The translations under genes were made by a program, and so were the position numbers. The notes under the pieces were generated by a model, which saw nothing but the letters and a program-made list of their open reading frames with translations, ran no database searches and was not told the origin of the DNA. 62,933 bases of DNA, taken from Candidatus Omnitrophota bacterium (GTDB lineage Bacteria > Omnitrophota > Gorgyraeia > Zapsychrales > Zapsychraceae). The DNA is taken from NCBI GenBank assembly GCA_021108075.1, contig JAIORP010000115.1:1-62933 (forward strand), written 5' to 3'. Of the stretch, positions 38,201 to 45,835 are shown piece by piece (positions within the stretch are counted from its first letter, which is position 1; every line of letters starts with the position of its first letter).

Positions 38201-38509
38201 TTGGCCGGATGGCTGTTTACGGATCAGGACACATTAATTGGTTTCTTGAATCATGAGCATCAATGGGAAGAAGTCTCATTGCCCGCAAATATTTATGCCT
38301 TCAATTTTTTAGGTTCGATGCTCGTGGTCTACCATAATCCCAAACGGAAAGACACTTTTGGACCGGATCAAGCCCGGGTGAGCGGGATTCATCTGACATA
38401 CACGGGAAAGAAAAAACCCGTTGTCGTGAACTCCGCGCGTATCAGTGCGCCACACGCTCAAGATGTACGTGACAAAAGAGTCAGCCGCATTGATGTGTAT
38501 TTCGTTTAA
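35210..38509 (+). CDS. Large uncharacterised protein, possibly a glycoside hydrolase/phosphorylase-like (alpha/alpha)6 enzyme
   Basis: Intact 1099-aa ORF with a good SD (gaagga). The N-terminal FPGIAGLWGIPMWVFYVNRGQ..SFG...KDKAIMEFQPA looks like a conserved family I cannot name with certainty. Confidence 0.35.
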   Translation: MVNQVRTSTDVRYFLNENGCFVIENYNHSKLFSNFFPGIAGLWGIPMWVFYVNRGQCLTSFGIESKDKAIMEFQPANKAYRLTSLQGFRTFIKCQQGDCVKYWEPFQDYILGSEYQKETSLYITAHDLTLQEINHDLGLIATVNYFTLPEEPFSALVRKVTIKNMDGEAKSLQVIDGLPKIVPYGLNDWLIKHISRTVEAWVKVRNCENKAPFYHLTVEVSDTPEVTHIDEGNFFFSFDPSHQDKPLLDPIVEADCVFGASSDFIAPAAFLEESFAVPNVQRTSNRTPSAMSYMASNLPPHAEKSIVSLFGFAYDQDQLNGIVEQVKVEGFIDQKAQRNIEIINEIKHFSFTKSSDETFNLYAGCTFLDNIMRGGLPVSLKTSEGKTVINVYSRKHGDLERDYNHFIVAPTFYSQGNGNYRDVNQNRRNDVWFNTDVKDSHLIDFMNLIQADGYNPLVIRGTTFTIKDKTQIDGLLKKYITGDLPETLKPFLEGNFLLGSLLEFIHLNKIQLKGVTKDFLGEIIEMSRKQETADHGEGFWSDHWTYNLDLMESYLALYPEELESLLIEKNVFFFYFNKNYVLPRDQKYVLTPHGVRQYKSVYHAPATDSDTQEEPVLKTKNGDGAVYMTTLMSKILCLIANKSATLDPSGVGVEMEADKPNWYDALNGLPGLVGSSISETFELKRITVFLLESIKKLALKDDLKIMVFEELSTFISGLTNILSFASDDLAYWIKSNDIKEHYRQRIRQGIEGTEKELSISEIRSFLTAVIKKTDQAIEKAYDDQGFLRTYFYHDVVEYQMLDKSGHSSDTPYVHPTKFQLKRLPLFLEGYVHALRVSQNDPDTAAKLYQQVRESDLYDNKLGMYKVNTDLSGETEEIGRTRIFPSGWLENESIWLHMEYKFLLELLRSGQYEAFYDNIKTVLVPFLRPETYGRSTLENSSFIVSSAHEDDALHGQGFVARLSGSTAEFLHIWLCMNVGVNPFYMDAQSGLNLIFKPALAGWLFTDQDTLIGFLNHEHQWEEVSLPANIYAFNFLGSMLVVYHNPKRKDTFGPDQARVSGIHLTYTGKKKPVVVNSARISAPHAQDVRDKRVSRIDVYFV

Positions 38510-38751
38510 AAGGAAGTTTTTTTCCCAGGTATTTTTTCGTTAAGGCGTGTTTGTTATGGCGAAGAGATCGTTTCCTACTGTCATACGAAATCTGATAAGA
38601 ATATGATATTTATTTTTTCTTCGCCTAATTTTTCTGCTCATCCCGAACAGGCGCCTCCGTCTTGAAGCAATCCATATGATGTTGATTCCGGGCATGATGG
38701 GGTTCTTTGATGAATCCCTTCCACCTCGATCAGTGTGACAGAAAGACAATC

Positions 38752-38855
38752 ATACCAAATTTATTAGTGAATTGTTCTATTTCAATTCTGATATTCTCGC
38801 TAAAGTGTCGAAAAAAGCAGAATCGATTTTTGTCATTATTCACTGGAGTTGGTAT
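38752..38855 (-). repeat. Palindromic intergenic repeat, 104-nt long form, diverged
   Basis: The reverse complement reads ataccaactccagtgaataatgacaaaaatcgattctgcttttttcgacactttagcgagaatatcagaattgaaatagaacaattcactaataaatttggtat. Confidence 0.85.
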
Positions 38856-39084
38856 AATCGAATATTTAGAAAACGGGAGGGATTGTCTTCTCGCTCAAAG
38901 TATCTGTTTATGATGTGAAAACGTGAAGGATAACTTCAGCTGTCAGGAGTTGAGAGGGTCTGAATTCTTTTGTAAGATCAGTATGGATGAAGACATGGAA
39001 TTGTCGGTGTTCTCTTGGGTGAAACCCATAGAAATACTTGCTAAAGGAGGTATCCTTTAATGACAGATAGTCTGGGTGAAACGG

Positions 39085-39378
39085 TTATTGTGCGCATAAA
39101 CGGAAGTAAGCGCAATAACCGCAACTGCCGCCGCTCTGACTCGAAAACCAGGTTCCCATGCTTCGTGGATTAGATCCCGGACAAGGCGGATAGGGTGTTG
39201 TGCAACAGGGCGAGGTGTAACCATCGCCGTTTTGTACAACCACAAGATATCCATTCGGGACAAGTTGTGTGCATTGCGCCTGGACATCCTTTTCCCAGGA
39301 GTAAAGGATAATGTTTGTCGTTGTCACAGCGATTATAAAACAGAGTAAACAAAATAAAACTTTTTTGCGTTTGAACAT
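39085..39378 (-). CDS. Small secreted cysteine-rich protein (97 aa)
   Basis: gggggt SD 8 nt upstream. Signal peptide MFKRKKVLFCLLCFIIAVTT. The remainder has 7 Cys, including PCCTTPYPPCPG and SCGYCAYFRLC. Confidence 0.55.
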   Translation of the reverse strand: MFKRKKVLFCLLCFIIAVTTTNIILYSWEKDVQAQCTQLVPNGYLVVVQNGDGYTSPCCTTPYPPCPGSNPRSMGTWFSSQSGGSCGYCAYFRLCAQ

Positions 39379-39539
39379 TTTTTGACCCCCGGTTGATATT
39401 ATGTTTGATTGTTTTATTATTATATATTGATATTAGACCATTATAAAGATAAATATAGGGAAACTCTGAATCTGTGGTCAATGATGATATTTTTTTATTT
39501 TATAATAGTGCTTTGGATGAAAAAACGTATACTATTAAT

Positions 39540-40082
39540 ATGAAAAATAGACTCCTATGTTTATATTTTTGCTTAATGGTCATTTGTATATGGGGGAGGA
39601 GCCCTGCTGATGTTTCGTCCGAAAACTTATCAAAGTGCAATGATTATTTGAGTTCGATCCGTGTATATAGCAAGAACGTGGATGCTGTTCTGCAAGGGGG
39701 GCCGCAGACATTGATGGTAACTATCCAGAGAATGATCATGGCCCAGAAGAACGCTCAAGAGGAAAAATTGCTGATATTATCTGCCCGTTTTAATGAAAGA
39801 ATAGAAGCCTTAAACGCGATCGCCCCGCCATCTCGGATGACCACATATCATAGTAAGTTGATCGATTTTCACCGCGCAGCTAAACAAACGGTCGACGCGA
39901 GGCTTGAACATGAAACATTGAGTCCGGCCACGGGTATGCGTCAATGTTATGAAGCTTTATTGGATTTTTATCTTGAGATGAAGACAGTGATGGTCAAGCA
40001 TGAATGTCAGCAGGTGGATATTGACGCGATTGACAGGATGATGATTCGCAAAGTGCGACAATTGTTGCAAGATGAATATTAA
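39540..40082 (+). CDS. Hypothetical secreted protein
   Basis: MKNRLLCLYFCLMVICIWG is signal-like. The ORF is open from the GTG at 39474, so the start is uncertain. Confidence 0.45.
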   Translation: MKNRLLCLYFCLMVICIWGRSPADVSSENLSKCNDYLSSIRVYSKNVDAVLQGGPQTLMVTIQRMIMAQKNAQEEKLLILSARFNERIEALNAIAPPSRMTTYHSKLIDFHRAAKQTVDARLEHETLSPATGMRQCYEALLDFYLEMKTVMVKHECQQVDIDAIDRMMIRKVRQLLQDEY

Positions 40083-40235
40083 GTTTGTCTGAGGACGGGG
40101 TAAATGTTTGAACGGATCCTGTTGGCATTGGTCAGGGATTTCATGGAAGCGGGCGCAGAGCATATAAAAATTTTCCATATTAGCGAATAGCATGTATAAT
40201 AAAAAAAATTTGGTTCTTTGTGAAGGAGGTTAAGC

Positions 40236-40850
40236 ATGCGATATAATCAATCAAAGAAGAATACCCTCGACTTTTTTTATTATGAACGGGCTGTCTTGGG
40301 AGTCATCGTGTTTATGTCATTGTTTTTTTCTGCTGGGTGGCTATGTGCCCGGGAAGATATAGATAAAAAGACAGAAGAGGAAGAGAAGCCCGAAGTAACA
40401 TTAGCGACCCTGCAAACTTTTTGTTTTGATGCTTATGTTATCGATGGGGAATGCCCACCGGAAATTTGTCAGCTGAAAATTGTAGAAGATGAAAAGACCC
40501 GTGTGATGAGTATGTTTTGCGTCCCCAAAACTTGTGTTGAACTGCCGGCGGATCAGTGTCCGGTCGACATGTGTCAAATCATGCAGGGATGTGATGACCA
40601 GCCTGTCTGCTATGATCAAATGGACCTTGAACCGCCAGTCTGTGGCGGTTTAGCTTACTCAGGGCAAGATGTGGATTGCTGTAAAGGACTTAAGAAGCGC
40701 TGTGGTGTGGAATTTTTTGATGGGAGTTGTGATATGCTCGGAAAGAATTCGATTTACAGCATTCCTGTTTGTCTGCCCTGCGGTAATGGCATTTGCAATC
40801 AATTTGAAAATAGCTGCAACTGTCCGGAAGATTGTCGTAAACGGAAATAA
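40236..40850 (+). CDS. Cysteine-rich secreted or membrane-anchored protein (204 aa)
   Basis: Strong SD gaaggagg and a TM/signal helix VLGVIVFMSLFFSAGWLCA. The 150-aa ectodomain has more than 20 Cys and ends CGNGICNQFENSCNCPEDC. Confidence 0.7.
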   Translation: MRYNQSKKNTLDFFYYERAVLGVIVFMSLFFSAGWLCAREDIDKKTEEEEKPEVTLATLQTFCFDAYVIDGECPPEICQLKIVEDEKTRVMSMFCVPKTCVELPADQCPVDMCQIMQGCDDQPVCYDQMDLEPPVCGGLAYSGQDVDCCKGLKKRCGVEFFDGSCDMLGKNSIYSIPVCLPCGNGICNQFENSCNCPEDCRKRK

Positions 40851-40883
40851 TATGTTGTCAGCAACGGTATAGGAGAAAACCGT

Positions 40884-41276
40884 ATGGATTGTCCTGTTTG
40901 TTCTAATGAACCTATGATTGTTTTGGAGTATAACAATATTGAAATTGATTTTTGTCAATCCTGCCAGGGGATATGGCTGGATCAAGGTGAATTGGAACTT
41001 TTGTTAGGTTCGGCAGGTGATAGCGATAAGATAACAAAGATGCTCAAAGAAAAGGTGACCGTCCACGAGAAACCCCGTCGATGTCCTATCTGTCTGAAGA
41101 AAATGAGAAAAATTGAGTTGGGGGACCAGCGTCCGGTTATGATTGATCAATGCCGCCAAAAACATGGTTTGTGGTTTGACCGGGGGGAACTGAAAGACAT
41201 CCTTGAACAGCTTCAGTCGCAAAATGATGATGCTGTCTTGAAGTTTTTGCGGGATATATTTACAAATTCAACGTAG
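40884..41276 (+). CDS. Double TFIIB-type zinc-ribbon protein (zf-TFIIB family)
   Basis: Two copies of CPxC...CxxCxGxWxDxGEL (CPVCSNE..CQSCQGIWLDQGELE and CPICLKK..CRQKHGLWFDRGELK). Confidence 0.8.
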   Translation: MDCPVCSNEPMIVLEYNNIEIDFCQSCQGIWLDQGELELLLGSAGDSDKITKMLKEKVTVHEKPRRCPICLKKMRKIELGDQRPVMIDQCRQKHGLWFDRGELKDILEQLQSQNDDAVLKFLRDIFTNST

Positions 41277-41290
41277 TAAAGGAGGCAAGT

Positions 41291-41845
41291 ATGATTGGTT
41301 TGATTGTTGTTCTAGCCCTTTTAATTTTGGCAGTTATTTCTGTTGTTGGAATTTATAATGCTCTTGTTCAGCTGCGTAATCAGGTCAAGAACGCCTGGTC
41401 ACAAATTGATGTTCAATTGAAACGCCGTCATGATTTGATCCCGAACCTGGTTGAGACAGCCAAGGGGTATATGAAACATGAAAGAGAGACGTTTGAGACA
41501 ATAACACAGGCGCGCAGCCAGGCCATGGGGGCTCAATCGGTCGGAGATAAAGCCAAATCAGAGTCTGCATTGAGTGGCGCTTTGAATAAATTTTTACTGA
41601 CGGTAGAGAACTATCCTGATTTAAAAGCGAATCAGAATTTTTTATCTGTTCAGGAGGAATTAAAATCGACGGAGAATAAGATCGCCTTTGCCCGGCAAGC
41701 ATATAACGACCAAGTATTATTCTTGAATAATAAAATACAAATGTTTCCATCAAACCTTATTGCAAATTCGTTTAATTTTAAACAGGAAGAGTTTTTTGAA
41801 CTGGAAGATGAAGCTCAAAGAGAAGTTCCTGAAGTCAAATTTTAA
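41291..41845 (+). CDS. lemA: LemA family protein
   Basis: N-terminal TM helix, then YNALVQLRNQVKNAWSQIDVQLKRRHDLIPNLVETAKGY..HE..T...ITQAR and ENYPDLKAN. Confidence 0.9.
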   Translation: MIGLIVVLALLILAVISVVGIYNALVQLRNQVKNAWSQIDVQLKRRHDLIPNLVETAKGYMKHERETFETITQARSQAMGAQSVGDKAKSESALSGALNKFLLTVENYPDLKANQNFLSVQEELKSTENKIAFARQAYNDQVLFLNNKIQMFPSNLIANSFNFKQEEFFELEDEAQREVPEVKF

Positions 41846-41920
41846 TGGTCGAGTGATTACGTTTGTATTTAGGGGATTATAAATAAATGGCGATGAGACA
41901 GAACCTTAACGTCAGGTGAG

Positions 41921-43141
41921 ATGATGTGGGAAGTCATAAAAGCAAACCAGAGAAAATCCTGGGTTTTGTTTTCTCTGATGGGCACAGTGCTCATTCTATT
42001 AGGCTTTGTGATCGGAGCGAGTGTTTCGCCCGAAGGCGGATTAATCGGTCTGATTATTGCCCTTGCTATTTGGATCATCATGTCCTTTGTCAGCTATTTC
42101 AGTGGGGATAGCATTATGTTGCGGATGAGCGGGGCTCAGTTGGTCAATCATAATGTCCATCCACAATTGTTTAACATTGTCGAAGAGATGAAGATCGCTT
42201 CGGGGATGAAGCATATGCCCAAGGTTTATATTATTCCGCAAGAAGCTCCCAATGCTTTTGCGACAGGGATCCATCAAGATCAATGCGCTGTTGCCGTTAC
42301 AGCCGGTCTTTTGTCACGGCTGAATCGGGATGAATTGCAAGGTGTGATTGCCCATGAGATGTCACATATTATGAATCGAGATGTGCTATTCATGTCTTTT
42401 GCGGGAACATTGCTCGGAAGCATCGCGATTATCTCCCAGGTTTTTTTAAGAGGAACGTATTATTCTTCTTTTTCGTCAAGACGTTATCGATCATCGAGCC
42501 GGAACAATCAGGGTGACGGTGTGATGCTGATCATTGCTTTAGCGGTGGCGATCTTAGCGCCAGTTTTAACACAATTGCTGTATTTTGCCATATCCCGGAA
42601 GCGAGAGTATCTTGCTGATGCCTCAGCTGTTCGATTAACCCGTTATCCACAGGGTTTAGCTTCCGCGTTAGAAAAAATTTCTAGCTCAAAGCTAGACTTA
42701 ACGACAGCGACCAAAATTACAGCGCCGTTATATATTGCTAATCCGTTAAAGCAAAAGGGTAAGAAATTATCTGATTTAACCTCCACGCATCCGCCTATCA
42801 GTGAACGCGTCAAAATTTTACGGGGCATGCAGCAGGGGGTTAACTTGAATGATTATCAGGTCTCCTTCAATAAGGTTAAGGGGCAGCCCGAACTTCTCAT
42901 CCCGGCAACAGCCTTAAAGGATAAAGATCCATTGTCGCTCCGGCAGGGTTCTTCAAAAAAGAAGGGGCCGATAAGTCCGACCCAACAGGCCCGTGAAATA
43001 GGCGATTTGATTCGTCGTGTGAATGATTTCTTGTTTATTTCCTGTGCTTGTGGCCTGACGATCAAGTTGCCTGCCAATTATAATCGGTCGCAAGTCCAAT
43101 GTCCGCGTTGTCAAAAAAAATATCATGTGCAGAAAGAATAA
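41921..43141 (+). CDS. M48 family (HtpX-like) membrane metalloprotease with C-terminal zinc ribbon
   Basis: HEMSHIMNRD (HExxH), four hydrophobic helices, and C-terminal CACG...CPRCQKKY. Confidence 0.85.
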   Translation: MMWEVIKANQRKSWVLFSLMGTVLILLGFVIGASVSPEGGLIGLIIALAIWIIMSFVSYFSGDSIMLRMSGAQLVNHNVHPQLFNIVEEMKIASGMKHMPKVYIIPQEAPNAFATGIHQDQCAVAVTAGLLSRLNRDELQGVIAHEMSHIMNRDVLFMSFAGTLLGSIAIISQVFLRGTYYSSFSSRRYRSSSRNNQGDGVMLIIALAVAILAPVLTQLLYFAISRKREYLADASAVRLTRYPQGLASALEKISSSKLDLTTATKITAPLYIANPLKQKGKKLSDLTSTHPPISERVKILRGMQQGVNLNDYQVSFNKVKGQPELLIPATALKDKDPLSLRQGSSKKKGPISPTQQAREIGDLIRRVNDFLFISCACGLTIKLPANYNRSQVQCPRCQKKYHVQKE

Positions 43142-43147
43142 ACAATT

Positions 43148-43273
43148 TTAACCCGGAAAAAGCAACTGGAATCGTAACGAGAAGGCATAAATTATTGCAA
43201 GTGCAAGGCATAACGTAGCAATTGCGACGAGTTTTGCCTTCGTAGTAGATCCCAATTGCATTTTCCGGGTTAA
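43148..43273. terminator. 126-nt imperfect palindrome filling the convergent gap, probably a bidirectional terminator
   Basis: ttaacccggaaaa (43148-43160) pairs perfectly with ttttccgggttaa (43261-43273). The arms continue as gcaactggaatc/gatcccaattgc and gaaggca/tgccttc. Confidence 0.5.
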
Positions 43274-44409
43274 CCGATTGTGTTGACCACTTCTTGAGCC
43301 GCCTGCTGGGACGCCTCTTTTTTTCCAAGCAAAGAACAGATCCAATCTAATGATTTTTTCATGGTTTCTGTCGCTTCATCATCAGAAAATATTTGTTCAC
43401 ATTGTTTTGCGATGATGCGGGGTTTTGCTTGATATTGGACAAATTCGGGGACGATCTTTTTTTTTGCCACGACATTGACAAGTGCGATGTAAGGGATTTT
43501 GATAAACAGTTTAGCCAATAACCATGTTAAAAAAGATGTTTTGTAAATGACGACCATGGGAACATTCAGCAAGGCGGTCTCCAATGTCGCTGTGCCCGAG
43601 GCCACCAGGCAGAGATGGCAGGTACTACGCAATTCATAAGAGTCATCTTGAAAAGAGTGGATGTTTAATATTGTTCCTAACAAGTATCTGGATAAGATGT
43701 CCTCTGTCATGTTAGGCGCTTTGATCAGAAGAAATTGCAGCATGGGGAATTTTTTCTGTAAAATTTCGGCTGTTTTTAACATGATCGGAAGATGCCGATC
43801 AATCTCTTTGTGACGGGAACCTGGCAGAAGCCCGATTGTTGTTTGATCAGGGTTTAAGTTGTGTTGTTGAAGAATGTGATCGCGGTGGCGAGAGATTCGG
43901 ATGCTTTCGGTAAGAGGGTGTCCAACAAAACGGGCATAGATACCATATCGCGCGTAGAAATCTTTTTCAAACGGAAAGATGACCATCATTTTATCAATAT
44001 ATTTTTTTATCAAAAAAACTCTGTTTTTTTTCCAGGCCCAAACCTGGGGGCTAATATAATAAATCACTTTAATTTTTTTGTTGATGGCTTTAGCCAAGCG
44101 TAGATTAAATCCAGGATAGTCAACCAGGATGATGGCTTCGGCTTGGGTTTCTGTTATTTTATTTAAGATCAAATCAAATGCTTGTTTAAATTCATGATAA
44201 TGTTTGATAACCTCTGTAAAGCCCACCACGGCTAATTTGGTAAGGTCTTTGTATATTTCGACACCAGCAGCTTCCAGACGCGGGCCACCAAGGCCGGAAA
44301 AAGAAAAGGTCGGGTTTATTTTTTTGAGTTCTGTTACAAGGTGGGCGGCATGAATATCTCCGGATGTCTCACCAGCAACAATTAAGATGTGTCGTTGATT
44401 GATCGGCAT
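43270..44409 (-). CDS. lpxB: Lipid-A-disaccharide synthase
   Basis: ILIVAGETSGDIHAAHLV...YYISPQVWAWKKNR...ASGTATLE. The length is typical for the family. Confidence 0.9.
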   Translation of the reverse strand: MPINQRHILIVAGETSGDIHAAHLVTELKKINPTFSFSGLGGPRLEAAGVEIYKDLTKLAVVGFTEVIKHYHEFKQAFDLILNKITETQAEAIILVDYPGFNLRLAKAINKKIKVIYYISPQVWAWKKNRVFLIKKYIDKMMVIFPFEKDFYARYGIYARFVGHPLTESIRISRHRDHILQQHNLNPDQTTIGLLPGSRHKEIDRHLPIMLKTAEILQKKFPMLQFLLIKAPNMTEDILSRYLLGTILNIHSFQDDSYELRSTCHLCLVASGTATLETALLNVPMVVIYKTSFLTWLLAKLFIKIPYIALVNVVAKKKIVPEFVQYQAKPRIIAKQCEQIFSDDEATETMKKSLDWICSLLGKKEASQQAAQEVVNTIG

Positions 44410-44480
44410 GTTATTTTTGTTATAAAATTCAAAGTAATACTTATGGCGTAAATTGCCGTTCGTGTCTGGTAATACTAATT

Positions 44481-44584
44481 ATACCAATTCCATTAAATAA
44501 TGACCAAAACCAATTCTGTTTTTCTTGACGTTAAGGCAAGAAAAGCAGAATTGAAATAGAACAATTCATTAATGGATTTGGTAT
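44481..44584 (+). repeat. Palindromic intergenic repeat, 104-nt long form
   Basis: ataccaattccattaaataatgaccaaaaccaattctgtttttcttgacgttaaggcaagaaaagcagaattgaaatagaacaattcattaatggatttggtat. Confidence 0.9.
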
Positions 44585-44719
44585 AAATCGTGTATCGTCG
44601 AGATATCTTCATTTCACCGGATATGAACGACGATTTGCGACTTCAGGTCCCGCATGCATATTTTTGACGGTCGGATGTTGAGACCTTGGACATGAATGAT
44701 ATTATCTCATCATAAAATA

Positions 44720-45670
44720 TTACAAGGGATAATGAAATTTTTTGCGTTGTTCCCAGATAATACGGCTGATATCTAATGCGACTTTCAGTGCATGGCGGCC
44801 TTCAATACCAGAGACAATCGGTGTTTGGTTGTTTGTCAGACAATCAATAAAATGTTCGAGTTCTTTCTTTAACGGTTCTTTTTTTTCGATGGGTAGGCTG
44901 TGTTTTAGGATGCGATTTTGGTGTTTTTTAAAAATATAGGCTTCCTGCGTAACATAATCCAGGGAAATGTATGTTTGCGGCTGGAAAATACGAATTTTCC
45001 GCATAACATCATCAGAAACCCGGCTGGCAGTCAGGTTGCAGACACAGCCATTTTCAAAGGTCATGCGCACGCTCGCGATATCTTCAAGAGGAGTAAGGAC
45101 ATTCACACCAATGGCTTGGATATCAAGGATGGGAACAGAAATTAATCCAAGGACAATATCGATATCATGAATCATCAAGTCCATGACAACGCCGATATCT
45201 AAGGACCGATTGGGAAAACGGTTCATGCGATGACATTCGATAAAGAGAGGGCGATGCGTGAAATGTTTAATGGACTGGAAGGCTGAATTAAACCGCTCCA
45301 CATGGCCGACTTGAACGATTAAGTTTCTTTTTTTTGCCAGATCAACGAGGGCCGTGGCCTGATCGACTGTTGTTGTTATCGGTTTTTCGATAAACGTATG
45401 TATGTTGTTCTGAAGGAAATAAGTCGCAATTTCGGAATGTAAGTTTGTCGGAACACAAATATTCACGGCATCTATTTTGCCGGTTAACTCTGTGTAGTTT
45501 TTGAAGAAAGGGACATTGTAATGCTCGGCCAGCTTTATCGTCCGTTCTTCTTTGGTGTCGCAGATACCAATAATGTCAACGCGGTCTCTAAGTTGATCGA
45601 GGACTTTGAGGTGAATAGCGCCCAAGTGCCCAATGCCGACAATTCCGATTTTAATTTTGTTTTGGCTCAT
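44720..45670 (-). CDS. Gfo/Idh/MocA family oxidoreductase (GnnA-like by context)
   Basis: Rossmann fold IGIVGIGHLGAIH, an EKP motif (FIEKPITT), and a position upstream of lpxB on the same strand. Confidence 0.75.
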   Translation of the reverse strand: MSQNKIKIGIVGIGHLGAIHLKVLDQLRDRVDIIGICDTKEERTIKLAEHYNVPFFKNYTELTGKIDAVNICVPTNLHSEIATYFLQNNIHTFIEKPITTTVDQATALVDLAKKRNLIVQVGHVERFNSAFQSIKHFTHRPLFIECHRMNRFPNRSLDIGVVMDLMIHDIDIVLGLISVPILDIQAIGVNVLTPLEDIASVRMTFENGCVCNLTASRVSDDVMRKIRIFQPQTYISLDYVTQEAYIFKKHQNRILKHSLPIEKKEPLKKELEHFIDCLTNNQTPIVSGIEGRHALKVALDISRIIWEQRKKFHYPL

Positions 45671-45835
45671 CGTTTCTTCTCATTAAAAGTAAACATATAT
45701 AAATAGTCTTAATTTGATTAATAAGAATAACAAATACCTCGACAAAAGTCAAACGATATGCTAAGATTCGCTTCAGTAAAATTCACACTTCCTGTATTCG
45801 TCGAATTCCTATAAATTGTTATATAAGATAGTATT

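Noticed and set aside
38540-38913. ORFs at 38540-38749 (-) and 38707-38913 (+) downstream of the 1099-aa gene.
   Set aside because: The + ORF is translated straight through the palindromic repeat copy at 38752-38855. The - ORF is Arg/Lys-rich, has no RBS and shows no family resemblance. It may be a gene remnant, but I cannot support that.
39060-39176. A 38-aa + strand ORF (MTDSLGETVIVRINGSKRNNRNCRRSDSKTRFPCFVD) preceded by a strong aaaggagg sequence and lying downstream of the outward tggtataat at 38850.
   Set aside because: It is antisense to the 3' end of the better-supported 97-aa signal-peptide gene. The SD-like sequence is also the stem of a small hairpin (aaagga-ggta-tccttt) that could be the terminator of that gene. 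It is not excluded, but it is unsupported without expression data.
43062-43345. Two - strand ORFs (88 and 65 aa) spanning the convergent gap between the M48 protease gene and lpxB.
   Set aside because: They are translated through the 126-nt palindrome and the lpxB 3' end in other frames. They have no RBS.
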